DNA of 57,519 nt, counting the filler, from Asterionella formosa (Eukaryota): NCBI GenBank assembly GCA_002256025.1. It is 4 parts of 4 records of this genome, joined end to end, with 100 filler letters (N's around TTAATTAATTAA, not from the genome) between each part and the next. Parts side by side here need not be neighbours in the genome. Positions count along the whole stretch, not along the records: positions 1 to 14,312 come from NKIB01006068.1; positions 14,413 to 28,723 come from NKIB01006076.1; 2 more parts are not named here. One strand, written 5' to 3'. Both the position numbers and the translations under genes were made by a program. Numbering within the stretch: position 1 is the first letter of the stretch; every line of letters begins with the position of its first letter. The notes under the pieces are model-generated. The model was not told where the DNA came from. It saw nothing but the letters and a program-made list of their open reading frames with translations, and ran no database searches. Positions 12,764 to 24,922 of this stretch are shown here, piece after piece.

Positions 12764-13682
12764 GTATCCAAGAATCTTCCGATGTCACAATTTGTTAGGA
12801 CGAGGAGAAAATATTGAAGAAATTGAATTAACAAACATAGACTTTCTAGTGTTAATCAATGCATCTACTGCTCCTTGATTCACAACAGTAGCAGTATTGT
12901 TATCATTAGCAAGAGCAACCACCATGATGGACCTATCAAGTTGTGGCAACAAACTGGCTCACAAGTCACCATGATGGTACCACCGACTATAGAGGTTCTG
13001 TCATCAAGGGATGGGTTGTGAGAAGTTAAATTATTCGACTATAGAAGAAAGTGAAGAAATTGAATTTAAAAATTCCTTAAGTAACCATTGGCCTACATGA
13101 CGTTCCCGTAGACGAAATACTGGGGCAAATTTTCCATCTGTCACGAGAGGACTGCCTTGGCTGCACGTGTTTACCCATAGATACATATGTACTGGATACA
13201 AACTTTTCCCGACAGGACAGCCAGCCAGCACACATGGATGAGGATGCATGCACCACTATTTATAGTCTGTCCTTATGATCCACAGACAAAGCAATATCTT
13301 ATAGGGTACCTGGTACTTGGTACCAGATGCTCCCTTCTATTTACTTGAGGATATATTAGCTTAGGATTGATTACATGGTCTTTCAGATCATTTCTACGTT
13401 GGTAGTAGTAGATACCGATTTTGTTTTTTACTGCTGTACATATGCACCGGTGCGTAGTACTGACAAGAATCCTCCGTCAGCATTTTTCATTCAACGCGTG
13501 CAGAAAATGTTGCCCATCATCATCCTGCCTCTTTCGATCACCATCATACGTACATACCCGGTACACTGTACCGGTACTCGGATTGTGTATCAGTCGCCAC
13601 CATCACACCGTGATACCGGCGGTACCTGGTACTTCCATTCCATTATATCCACTCCCCTCAGCAAGAGAGTAAATATTATTTC

Positions 13683-14069
13683 ATGTGGGGAGCAGCTCAT
13701 TTGGGAAAGATCTCAGTCATGGCTTTCGTTTCCAGTAATCGGCAAGCGGCACGCACATTTACATCCTCCACAACTCTGGCGGCAACAAATTACCTGCTTC
13801 GTTATGAATACATTCCAGATGTACTTGAAAAGAGAGGTCCATTTCGTGAAGGCCACCTTGGCTTGGCCAAACAGTTGGCTGCGGAAGGAAAGTGTTTGAG
13901 TGGTGGACCGACTGGACCACCCAACATGCAAGTGCCAACTGGAGCACTCTTCATTTTTACCGACTTGGCAACTGCTGAAATGTTTGTGGAGAAGGATCCC
14001 TATGTGAGTGGAGGTATTGTGACTGGGCATAGTATCGAAGAGTGGAATGTTTTGATCCAGAAGGAATAG
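13683..14069 (+). CDS. YCII-related domain protein with N-terminal targeting peptide
   Basis: LEKRGPFREGHL, GGP, GALFIF, DPYVSGGIV and EEW match the YciI/YCII pattern. Ser/Thr/Arg-rich presequence. Confidence 0.9.
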   Translation: MWGAAHLGKISVMAFVSSNRQAARTFTSSTTLAATNYLLRYEYIPDVLEKRGPFREGHLGLAKQLAAEGKCLSGGPTGPPNMQVPTGALFIFTDLATAEMFVEKDPYVSGGIVTGHSIEEWNVLIQKE

Positions 14070-14312
14070 GTGATGATGCGGAAGCAATGAAATAACAGCC
14101 TCTTAGGCCAATAAATGACAAAATCAAATGTCGCAGCTGTGACTGCTGACCTCAACCATAATGTAGCTTCAATAATTCGCTGCAAAGATTTTCAAAAAAT
14201 AGGAAATGACATTGTGGTTCTTGAAGGAATACATGCAAGTGCCATACAAGAAAAGTAGAAAACCCCTACTAATTTAAGTAACAGGATGTGGCACTGAGAA
14301 TTGACAGAAATC

Positions 14313-14412
14313 NNNNNNNNNNNNNNNNNNNNNNNNNNNNNNNNNNNNNNNNNNNNTTAATTAATTAANNNNNNNNNNNNNNNNNNNNNNNNNNNNNNNN
14401 NNNNNNNNNNNN
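14313..14412. other. Artificial contig linker (N...TTAATTAATTAA...N)
   Basis: Spacer with stops in all six frames, flanked by Ns; the same linker occurs at about 28724-28823 and 43126-43225. Confidence 0.95.
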
Positions 14413-14895
14413 CACATCAAATGCTCAGCAACTATACAGTTATATCATGAACAAGAATGCATCGAAAGCATCAAATGCTCAGCAACTTAGTGCGCCACAC
14501 AGTCTTGCCTGGTGTGCAAGAAATAGTGGGTTCCCCTCCCCTCTGCAAATAAAAAATATTGTACTTATAATATCAGGGGTATCATACAATAACTGGCACA
14601 GAAGTTTTCTTTGCATGATACATATTTCGTTGTATGTATGATAAATGCATACTATGAAAGTGAACAGGCTAAGCTTACTCATAATAATCGAACCACCATA
14701 TAATTATCAAAACATTATCCTATGATGTATATTCTTTTATCAAATACCTATCCTGCCTTATATGATGGTAACTCTAATCAAAATAGCTGTTAGAAATAGG
14801 TTGAAATGGATTGTAATTTTACTCTTATATCACGAAATCATTTTTATGTTTCTACATTTTGTGTGGTCAAACAGCCAATGTTCCCCTTTTCTATT

Positions 14896-15075
14896 GTCTC
14901 AATGCTCTTGATGCATGCTTCCTACCTTGTCCCTTCAATGCTCGTGAGGATGCATGCCTCCCCCACTTCCCTTCAATGCTCTTGAGGATACATGCCTCCC
15001 GCTTCCCTTCAATTGTTCTTGAGGATGCATTGCTTCCTGCCTTCAAATCTCTTGATGCATGCCTCCCGCCTCCCT
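14896..15075. repeat. Degenerate minisatellite, roughly 33-37 bp unit, about 5 copies
   Basis: Repeated CTTCAATGCTCTTGA(GGA)TGCATGCCTCCC-like units. Confidence 0.8.
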
Positions 15076-16088
15076 TTCACTCAGATTCTGAAACTCATCT
15101 GACTTCATGCTGCAAATCACATTTCCTTTTAATCCGATTCTGTTTTATCTATTTTGATTTCCTAATCATAACAACAATGAGAAGGAATTAATCGCTCGTT
15201 AGCCATGTTTTGTTTATATCTCAACACTGCAGTCCCATTTTAGCATGCTCCACTTATCAGAAATCGATGAACTTTTCGCATAATGCAGTAAAATAATGTG
15301 TCAGTCAATGATGACATAAGTACAAATCAATAAACCGTTCCACCAATGTCATTTATAACTTACAACAAAACTCTTTGATTAAAATTATCCTGAAAGATTG
15401 AAAAACAAACATTTGTCAGCGATGTTCTAACAGTGGCTCATTGATCCAGCAAGAGCATTTACAAGTTTTTGGTCGACATTGGTGGTATCCCGCTGAATGC
15501 GAAATGTGCTTTTGAACTGCTAGGGAAGGAGGCAATCGTTTTGCTAGTCTTTGTGAACCCAACAATTGATCACCTTGGCATGTAATCTTGACATACCATA
15601 GCTAGATTCCATTCACTCTTCCATTTTCAATCCTTCTAAGCTGCAAGGTTTATCATCATTGTGTGCATTGAAGCGTCGTTCTTTCAGTTTTCCTTGCTTG
15701 TCACAGGGCAGAGATTATCTTTCATTTCAGGATCATGTGGGACCGGTAGGCATAACAAGGAACCTCTAAACATGATTTCAAATGCATATATAGGCTATGT
15801 ATAAATTTATAAAAATTTGAAAACGTATAAATATATGCACATAATGTTTATACTATCATCAATTAAGCTATACATAATTCAAATATATACAATGCATGAG
15901 GATATCATTGTTTTCCACTACCTGATGTACTGTCTTTGAATTTTTCCGCATCAATTCTTGTACCTAGCTACATGTAAGTAATTTAATTAAGCCCCTCAAT
16001 TTGCGTGAGTCAGCATACGAAATTTTTCATATGGTACAAGTCATAAAATATTTACCAGTAGATGAATCGCTCGAATCAATCTTTATGA

Positions 16089-16403
16089 TTTACAGATCAT
16101 ACCTCCTGCTGGTTAGAAATGATTGCCAATAAATAAGATCACAGATAACAATTTTTAGCTTTTTTAATCTTACTTTTAACATGAATATATCCTACTACTA
16201 AAAAATTACAGATTATACTTTGGTTAGATACGATTGCCAATAAGTAAGATCACAGATAACAATTTTTAGCTTTTTTGATCTTACTTTTAACATGAATATA
16301 TCTTTCTACTAAAAATTACAGATCATACTTTCTGGTTAGATATGATTGCCAATAAATAAGATCACAGATAACAACTTTTAGCTCGTTTGATCTTACTTTT
16401 AAC
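16089..16403. repeat. AT-rich tandem repeat, about 112 bp, about 2.8 copies
   Basis: GATTGCCAATAA(A/G)TAAGATCACAGATAACAA at 16121, 16232 and 16344. Confidence 0.9.
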
Positions 16404-16424
16404 CTAATTACGAGGTGACAAGAA

Positions 16425-16695
16425 TAGATATCAATGTCACCTTGTTTGTACGAGAACAACGTGTTATTGCGTCCCCTCCATCACCAATAGACGATACCAA
16501 TGTCATCACCTTTTCTGTACAAGAACGTGTTGTAGCCTGAGTACGAGATGACAATAGATACCAATGTCACCCTGTTTGTACGAGAAAGTGTTATTGCATT
16601 CCCTCCATCAACAGATACCAATGCCACATTGTTGTATGACTACGTGATATTGCGTACCCTCAATCACCTTTAGATACCGGTATACCAAAGTCACT
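16425..16695. repeat. Degenerate tandem repeat, about 60-65 bp unit
   Basis: GATA(C/T)CAATGTCAC...TGTACGAGAA...GTGTTATTGC recurs 4-5 times. Confidence 0.7.
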
Positions 16696-18129
16696 ACCTA
16701 GCCCTATCCCCATCATGAGCATGATTCAAATTCAAATCAATCGTACACGTAGTACGTTTACATACAAATATCTTTGCAACATACCGGTATGTAGGTGTCA
16801 CTATGATGGACATGATTTGAATTCAAATCAATCGTATGCATACTTGTACATACGTTTACATGCAAAAATATGTGTGCTTGTTGAGTTTTCAGCCAGTGAT
16901 GGTATACATACAAAAATACATGTATCGATGTGTATATACATACAATATTCTACAGCATGATGATAAATATTATTTATATTAGATGATGAATCGAATTTAT
17001 ATGATCATTAAATGATCGCCATTATAAGATGCATCACACAAATTAGATGTTTTCTATTTGCAGACGCCCCCACAAGCAGTTTGTGCCGCCTTCCTAGGCG
17101 GTCGGAGTTTCCCATAATGCTGCGGCTAAGACAATCACCTTTTGCAAAAGGTGGTCGGGGATCTCTAACTAACAAAACTAGTGAAGCACAGGTCTTGTTG
17201 GCAGGTAGCACAATGAATACTTTCCTAGAGATAGGAGAGTACAAATGGGCTATAGGACATACTAAATTTTATACTTGGCAACTGATGAGGGATTGACAGA
17301 TCTTACTAAAGATTTGATATTGCTGGCGAAGCAATATGGCGTTTTGCTTTGCAGCGGCACCAGCACCAGCACCCAGCAAGACAACTGTCTACAGTTTGAC
17401 ATGTATTTGTTCATGCATTACTATAATAACAACTCTAATAAGCTTGGGAAATATGGCACTGTGGATCCAAATGCCAGAGATTATCGAGTTCAGTCGCTTC
17501 ATAACAAAATAAAGAACAATTGCCTTGGTCAAGGAATTTTTAATCAATAGTCGAATTTTTAATTTTTTCCCCCACCGCTTCAACCAAATCCGAAAATAGT
17601 CAAATCTCGCGAACAAATTTTTAGCGAATAGGAATAGAACTAGTGTAGTTACGTGTGTATCGTAAAATGATGCTTTAACAGTATATACCAGTATCAATAC
17701 GTTGGGTATACTTCACATTTTCACATGATTATGAAGGAATGGGCAGCAATAGGGAGCCATTGAATGATGACCGCTTCAATCGCTTTGGTAAAAGCGGCAA
17801 GCAAACGAGAAGGCAAAGCAGATGAGACAAAGGGGAGGAGCATCGAAAGTGGGAAAGTCGACTTTTGTAGTTTTTAAAATATTAGCATCGCCTTTCCTGT
17901 AAATTCCTTATTCTTACGCAGCTAGTGCTACCCATCAAAAGTACTATGAATATGCATTTGTGTATTAGTATTCTAGAATTGGATAAACTCTCTTCCGTTT
18001 TCCTAATTTGGTACAGCTAGGGGGATAGCTTAATGATTACTCATGATTGCATGGACATGTTAACTTTATTATTTGCCTGCTTTTCAGAATCATATACTAC
18101 ATCAAAATGGTCAGTGCTTATGGATTGGT

Positions 18130-18526
18130 CCTGCATCAATCGAGTAGTACTCCATGACTGTGGCATTATGTCCATGAGCAGCAGCAGCAATAATCAACGC
18201 ATTGAAGCCAGTCTTGGAGAATGCATTGGCGAAGTACTTATGTGGTGTGCGTTGCTTCTTCTATTTGAACAGTTTGGCTTCCTTGCTGCGACTTTTGTAA
18301 GTCCCATGATGCCAGCTGCCATCAATGCAGTTATACCATCCTTGTCAGCTGTATTCTTGAAATTTGCCCTCTACTTTTGCAAAAGCTTGACAATTTCCAA
18401 GAAAACGCAAGACGCAGATGGAGCAAAGGCATTCAGTTCGTCCCAGCCTCTAATAATGACATCTAGTATTTACTTCTTTGAGAAGATCTTGAATCGCTTT
18501 CTTGCGTCTGTCACTTGCAGTTCCAA
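18130..18526 (-). pseudogene. Decayed ankyrin-repeat gene fragment
   Basis: Minus strand reads LDVIIRGWDELNAF...FLEIVKLLQK*RANFKNTADKDGITALMAAGIMGLTKV, then after a frameshift ANAFSKTGFNALIIAAAAHGHNATVMEY. Ankyrin-like, with stops and a frameshift. Confidence 0.7.
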
Positions 18527-19649
18527 TTAGCTAATCTGGCAGCAGGCAACAACATGGCATTACTAATATCGCAAACCGATGTAAACTGACTCTTCATCAC
18601 TGTCACATGGTGCTGACTCGGATCAAACAAGTATGACAATCAGCTGCAGTCAAGACGTAACCATGTTTGCTAACGCCAAAATATTCCAGTCCTTGGCGAC
18701 ACAGTGTGAGAACTTGCTTGGGAATGACAGTTGGCAAAGTCTCGTCCTTGTTGCAATCGTTGCACGACTTGCTTCTTAGCCAAGAAGCCACCTAGCAACC
18801 AATTTATGCCAAGAGAAGGTCAACCGTCAAGGACCTGAAGGACTGGCTGCACTAAACACACGGATTCAGCAAGAAATCTTATTTGATGTGATGATTGTAT
18901 ATTATAAAGCTGCTGGCATCATTCCAGGTTAGTTTATTATTTGTCTACATTAATGAGGTGTACGGTTTGTATGCACTCATTAAACCATAAATGTTAGGTT
19001 GCCGGTGCAAGCCACAATCTAAACCAATAGAAACAATGTTCCTTTTATTTGGCTACAGTTGGAGGCTAATCAACCAAATACCTGATATTTGGTCAATAAG
19101 GGGGATCCTTGACCAAGACCAAAGCATATTTGGTCTTGGTCGATGCGGTGGCTAAAATATTTTTGCTTTTTCGACCATCACAACGCATCATGACGTGTAA
19201 TGACCCGCAACTTCAATTAGCTTGGTATTTGGTCGATGCGGTGGCGATGCTCCAATAACATACCGGTAATACTCCATCATTCATAGCTATGCATGGCGTA
19301 TACCGATAATTTTATTACAAGACTACCAGTACCAGGGTACCAGGGTACCCATTCCTCGCTGACGGACGTGTTCGCTCAACAAGTACCAATACCTGTAAGT
19401 ACCTGGTACCGGTATAATTATAGCTAAATACGGTAGCTAACTTTTCTTCTGTCGCACTTCAAAATGCTGACTTATTCCCTCCAGAAATATTTTTCTAGAA
19501 CCTACCTGTACATAGACGAGGTTAATCCACGTCGTGCAGCTCACATCATGTATTACTTCCCACTGATGTATGAGCCATAAAATCCTAATTAGTCCTGCCT
19601 TCTTACACTTATTGCGGAAAATCAACTGTGACCTCGACCTAGCCACGCG

Positions 19650-21582
19650 ATGAAGTTGACCGTTGTCAACACCCTGCTTCTGTGCGACGGAGTATTTTCT
19701 TATGTGACGACGAAGTATATCCGATCCATGGGTCGCCTTCAAATGTCTGAAAGTGCCGACAACTCAAACTCAGCTGCGATGGATTGGGCTAATGAGCAAG
19801 CAAGCACCGTATACCAGCAATCTGAAGCGATGGCTAATATCAAGAAGAAGAAATTTGTTGTTATTGGTGGAGGCTGGGGTGGATGGGGTGCTGCTAAAGC
19901 TCTGTGTCAAAGTGGGGTCGATGCTGATATTACAATCATTGATTCTTTGCCAGATCCAACAGGGGTACGTAATAATATGTGAAGAAATGCGCTAAACATA
20001 TGAGCTACACTGCATGTTGCTCACTGTGTTCCTTGTACATCCGCAGGTTACTCCGTATCTCTCGAAAACGGGAAAGCCTGTGGAAGCAGGAACACGTGGG
20101 TTCTGGATGGATTATCCAAATATCAACAGCCTATGCTCAGAGCTTGGCCTAGATGAAAACGATATCTTCACTCCCTTTACCAATTCGTCGTTCTATTCTC
20201 CTGATGGGCTAGAGGCAACAGCCCCAGTATTTTCGCAGGCAAAACTTCCAAAGCTTCCCGATAATATTCCATTCCTGAGTCAATTCTCGGAGCGAACTTT
20301 TCCTAACCTGCCCTCCCCGTTAGGACAAGTAGTTTCCACAATATCACTTTTTGAGCGTATCCCATTGCAAGATCGCGCATCCATGGTAGGTCTCTTACTT
20401 GCCACCATTGATTGCCTAGGGGGAGACGAATCAGTGCAAGAAAAATATGATCGCATGACGGCTCATGAGTTGTTTATTCGATTTGGACTTTCCGATCGCC
20501 TAGTCTCTGATTTCATAACTCCAACCCTTCTTGTTGGGCTATTTAAGCCACCCGAGGAACTCAGTGCATTGGTTGTCATGGAGCTACTTTATTACTATGC
20601 GTTGGCACATCAAGATAGCTTTGACGTACGATGGATTAAGAATGGAACTGTGAGCGACTCGTTGATTGCCCCTTTGGCTACTATACTGCAGGACGAGTAT
20701 GGCTTACAGGTCATGGGAGGTTGCCGTGTTGGAAAAATATCATTGGAACAAAAGAACGGTAAGCTCCATGCAAAATCCCTGGAGTTCCAAACTAGTGATG
20801 GCACTGCTGGCGAAATAAAAGATATTGACGGGATTATCTTGGCATTGGGTTGCAAGGGAATGGAAAGCGTTGTGAAATCTAGCCCAGACCTTGCTCGACT
20901 TCCAACTTTCAGCAAAGCAGCTAGTCTGAAGGGAATCGATGTCATTTCTGTCCGAATTTGGCTGGACAAAGTTGTCCCTACTCGCACGCCTGCCAACGTA
21001 TTTTCACGATTCGACGCTTTGCGAGGTTCTGGTGGAACATTCTTCATGCTTGACCAATTCCAAGGAAACAATCGTCATCTTTGGGGTGGCGAGGAACCTC
21101 GAGGATCTGTAGTTGCTTGTGATTTTTACAATGCTGGCGCCTTGATGAGTCTTTCTGAGGATGACCTGGTCAGAATATTAATGGAGGACCTGCTTCCAAG
21201 TGCGGTTTCACAATTTGCTGATGCCAATGTTGTTGACTCATGGGTCGGGAAGTATCCTGGCACTGTGAGCTGGTTCTCTCCGGGAAGTTACAACAGTCGA
21301 CCTCCTCTGGAAGGTGCTGGTAGTAGGGTGCTGCCCAATGTGAAGTGTGCTGGTGACTGGGTTCGTATGGGAAACTTGGAGCACGGAGCCAAGGGACTCT
21401 GTCAAGAGCGTGCGTTTGTTTCTGGATTGCAAGCCGGAAACGCTCTTATGCGTGATGCTGTGGATGAACCTACCAAAAATGCCCAAGTGCTACAAGTTCG
21501 AGAGGACGAAGTGCAGTTTACTGCTGGAATTGCTGTGAATAAGCAAGTGATGAAGTTTTTGCCCAGATTTTGGGTCCGATAA
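19650..21582 (+). CDS. FAD-dependent oxidoreductase of the amine oxidase / carotenoid desaturase-like superfamily, probably plastid-targeted (2 exons)
   Basis: Exons 19650-19964 and 20047-21582, intron GTACGT...CAG. Rossmann motif VVIGGGWGGWGAA, EAGTRGFW.DYPNI, CAGDWV and QERAFVSGLQAGN. Signal peptide ending VFS-Y. Confidence 0.9.
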
Positions 21583-21662
21583 AGAGGCAAGCTGCCATTG
21601 CTAATAGAATTTTCATAATTCACGAATTAACATATGCATCATTTTATTGCTGTATCGGTATG

Positions 21663-22200
21663 CTAGACCCACGGAATGAAATGCAACGAAAACAACAAGC
21701 CAAGACTCTCCAAGCCCAGAATCAGGGGTGCGAAGAATCCCCAAACTGGCCAAGTAGACCTTACCAATAAAAACGCTGTGACAACGCCGACAAACGTCAT
21801 GGATGGCACCACTCTTGGACAATATACATCCCAAGCCGCTGAATCTGTGATATTCTTAACTTTGGGAAGGTAAACCGTCAGATAGATCAGCATGACGGTG
21901 TTGATTCCAAACCCCACAAACGCAAGGTGCAAAATAGGTCTGACAACACGTTCATCAGAAAAAATGACTTTGATGAAATGGGTCCATCTTCCTACCAACA
22001 GAGCTGCGAATACCCAGAGAACTGTGATGAGAACACGATAAAGCAAGTGAGTTCAGTGATGCATCAACAAAAGCGACGACACTGCTGAAAAGTGATTCAT
22101 GTTGTTACTCACGTGCGTAGAACTTGTCGGCAATGCGAGTTGCTCGTTCTGTTTGTGCTCCTTCGTCTGTCGAAACTCTTCGATATGAGGTAGCTGCCAT
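21663..22200 (-). CDS. TMEM128-like four-TM membrane protein (2 exons, 148 aa)
   Basis: ATG 22200 (MAATSYRRVST). Intron 22112-22022 (GTGAGT...CAG) restores DKFYALLWVFAA. Motifs YLTVYLP, WDVYCP and WPVWGFFAPLIL. Confidence 0.8.
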
Positions 22201-22260
22201 TGCGATAGAGATTGATTTTGATTCAGAATAGAACAAACCGTCGTTACCTGCTACTGTAAT

Positions 22261-22944
22261 NNNNNNNNNNNNNNNNNNNNNNNNNNNNNNNNNNNNNNNN
22301 NNNNNNNNNNNNNNNNNNNNNNNNNNNNNNNNNNNNNNNNNNNNNNNNNNNNNNNNNNNNNNNNNNNNNNNNNNNNNNNNNNNNNNNNNNNNNNNNNNNN
22401 NNNNNNNNNNNNNNNNNNNNNNNNNNNNNNNNNNNNNNNNNNNNNNNNNNNNNNNNNNNNNNNNNNNNNNNNNNNNNNNNNNNNNNNNNNNNNNNNNNNN
22501 NNNNNNNNNNNNNNNNNNNNNNNNNNNNNNNNNNNNNNNNNNNNNNNNNNNNNNNNNNNNNNNNNNNNNNNNNNNNNNNNNNNNNNNNNNNNNNNNNNNN
22601 NNNNNNNNNNNNNNNNNNNNNNNNNNNNNNNNNNNNNNNNNNNNNNNNNNNNNNNNNNNNNNNNNNNNNNNNNNNNNNNNNNNNNNNNNNNNNNNNNNNN
22701 NNNNNNNNNNNNNNNNNNNNNNNNNNNNNNNNNNNNNNNNNNNNNNNNNNNNNNNNNNNNNNNNNNNNNNNNNNNNNNNNNNNNNNNNNNNNNNNNNNNN
22801 NNNNNNNNNNNNNNNNNNNNNNNNNNNNNNNNNNNNNNNNNNNNNNNNNNNNNNNNNNNNNNNNNNNNNNNNNNNNNNNNNNNNNNNNNNNNNNNNNNNN
22901 NNNNNNNNNNNNNNNNNNNNNNNNNNNNNNNNNNNNNNNNNNNN
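22261..22944. other. Assembly gap
   Basis: Long run of N. Confidence 0.99.
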
Positions 22945-23004
22945 TGAAAGGAAAAAGATCTTTGCGTCGCCATCTTCAGAAGCACAAGAGTCAGGTAAGT
23001 CAAT

Positions 23005-24333
23005 TTAACTTTCAATTTTCATTGATAATTGAACGTCGGGGCAAACGAGACGCTCTAAGAACATTCGACGAGCTGCATCATTCAATATCTCATCCATGGC
23101 TAGACGTTCGCTCATTTCCTTAAATTGGATCGACGTGAGCTTATCCTTCGGGTCCCAACTGGCTTTGGCGATACCAGCAGCTCCCAGTTTGTTTATTTCC
23201 TGGCCGTCATTACGACGGGCCTGCCCAATATGAGGTCGGACTCGTTGCGTCAGAATAGAGGTGTCCTTAAAGCCGAGAATGCTTCTCACCTCATCATGAC
23301 TATATGCCAACCATTCCATAACCATAACTAGATGAAACTTTGCAACGTTGTCAAGAGACCGTCCAATGAGTTTCCCTCGATTTTCTCCGTCCTCGGTTGA
23401 ATTGCCTAGGTAGATACCAATTAAGTCAGGGCCAATAGGTGCGTTGCTGAATGTTCGCGTGTACACATTGAATAGATCCTTTCGCTTCGTGCGAAAGCGG
23501 TCCAAGTCCCAGCCCTTGCATCCTCTGTCTTCGACGCATTCGAAGCGATACTGAGAAAGCATTCGATCCAGCGGTTTTCGAAACGATGTTGCAAGAGCTG
23601 CCGATAAATTGAAAAAGCGTTCTTCAAAATTGTCCCATTCGTTGCCTTGGATCCGATGTCCATCATTTTTCAATTTTGATTCAATTTCGTGATTCGACCA
23701 ATGGCTTAGGCAACCAGCGCATCGCCGCTTGGGGTGCCAGTACATGTCAGACATGCAGAAGTATTCAGATATAGCAGAGCTGGGCAAATTGTGTTGCGCT
23801 AGTGTGCAAAAGTTCGTCCCACCTGCCTTTCGAAGATGTTGAAATAGTAGAAATGTGTCGCCCCCATTTCTAAATGCTTCTGCCTTGGCATAATCACGTT
23901 GATCCGGGAGGGTAAGGCGGTCCGCTGGACAAGGAAAGAGCTCTCGGACCTCCTCAATGCTCAGACTCCGTTGTTTTTCCGTTTCAGACTCCTTGAGCTT
24001 CCGCTCAAAGGTTCTCGTCCCGAATGGATCAGATTTGTCCAACTGCATCAGCGCTTGATCCGGTGTCATTACAGCTAAGTGCACCGCAAGTTTACGCCAA
24101 TCCCTGTAGGTCATTCCTGATTCGGAGGGAGTGGGAGGAAGACCTCTCGCTATCGGCAGTGAATGACTTGCATTTTCTTGTGGCGAATTAACAGACACTT
24201 GAAATTTGTAGGCGACAAACACGCTCAGACAGAAGAAGAATCCTGCAAACAAGCCAATGACCCTCCGCAGCACCAGGAGACCATTGCCAATCTTTCGATG
24301 AGCTTTCAGAGATGCTGCATTCATTCTTGTCAT
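23005..24333 (-). CDS. Type II membrane sulfotransferase-like protein
   Basis: N-terminal TM anchor. 5'-PAPS-loop-like FQHLRKAGGT and 3'-PB-like FRKPLDRMLSQY. First in-frame ATG at 24333. Confidence 0.8.
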   Translation of the reverse strand: MTRMNAASLKAHRKIGNGLLVLRRVIGLFAGFFFCLSVFVAYKFQVSVNSPQENASHSLPIARGLPPTPSESGMTYRDWRKLAVHLAVMTPDQALMQLDKSDPFGTRTFERKLKESETEKQRSLSIEEVRELFPCPADRLTLPDQRDYAKAEAFRNGGDTFLLFQHLRKAGGTNFCTLAQHNLPSSAISEYFCMSDMYWHPKRRCAGCLSHWSNHEIESKLKNDGHRIQGNEWDNFEERFFNLSAALATSFRKPLDRMLSQYRFECVEDRGCKGWDLDRFRTKRKDLFNVYTRTFSNAPIGPDLIGIYLGNSTEDGENRGKLIGRSLDNVAKFHLVMVMEWLAYSHDEVRSILGFKDTSILTQRVRPHIGQARRNDGQEINKLGAAGIAKASWDPKDKLTSIQFKEMSERLAMDEILNDAARRMFLERLVCPDVQLSMKIES

Positions 24334-24922
24334 ATTTTTATGCGCATGCACTTATTGCTTTGGCAGGAGTATTGTACAACGATTGCGATCGGAGCAAGGG
24401 CTGATATGAACAAGGATCGTCACCTGAACATTTATTGCTTGTCCATTGAATGTGCCGACGCAGTGATAGCTGTACTGTACATGCATACCGGTACCTGGTA
24501 CCGGTATACCGATACATGGTACCAGTACCAGCACAGGGATAGGCCGAGATATACATAGCCGTTATTTTCAGCTATGCACAGATATTTGTAGGACATACTA
24601 CGTGGTACCGGTATGCACGTCTACATTAGCCATTGTTTGAACAGAGCGCACGTAGCACTGGTGTACACAGCCATATGATTCGCTGTGGTGAAAAAATGTA
24701 TGTGGGACTAAAATTAAATTTAATGTATACATAAATACAAGCATAAAACGGTATACAAAAAATCATACACCAGGTACCGACATGGGATTGATACAAAGTT
24801 CCCGAGAGTGCGATGAAGCAAACGCAATCGTACACAGATAAAACTTTTAAGTGTACAGTAGAATGATGTTTGAGTTTTGATAATTTTACAGACCAAGCAA
24901 ATTGGTAAAGAGACATGGAAAA

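Noticed and set aside
14313..14412. TTAATTAATTAA palindrome recurring three times
   Set aside because: Synthetic six-frame-stop linker inside N runs. Gene adjacency across these joins, such as RFC1 next to the transposase, is not reliable.
18033..18530. 165-aa hydrophobic plus-strand ORF
   Set aside because: It is the antisense of the ankyrin pseudogene.
19650..21582. Assigning PDS or ZDS
   Set aside because: Motifs fit the wider superfamily but not canonical PDS/ZDS closely enough to give a symbol.
22251..23015. 254-aa ORF
   Set aside because: It consists almost entirely of the N gap.
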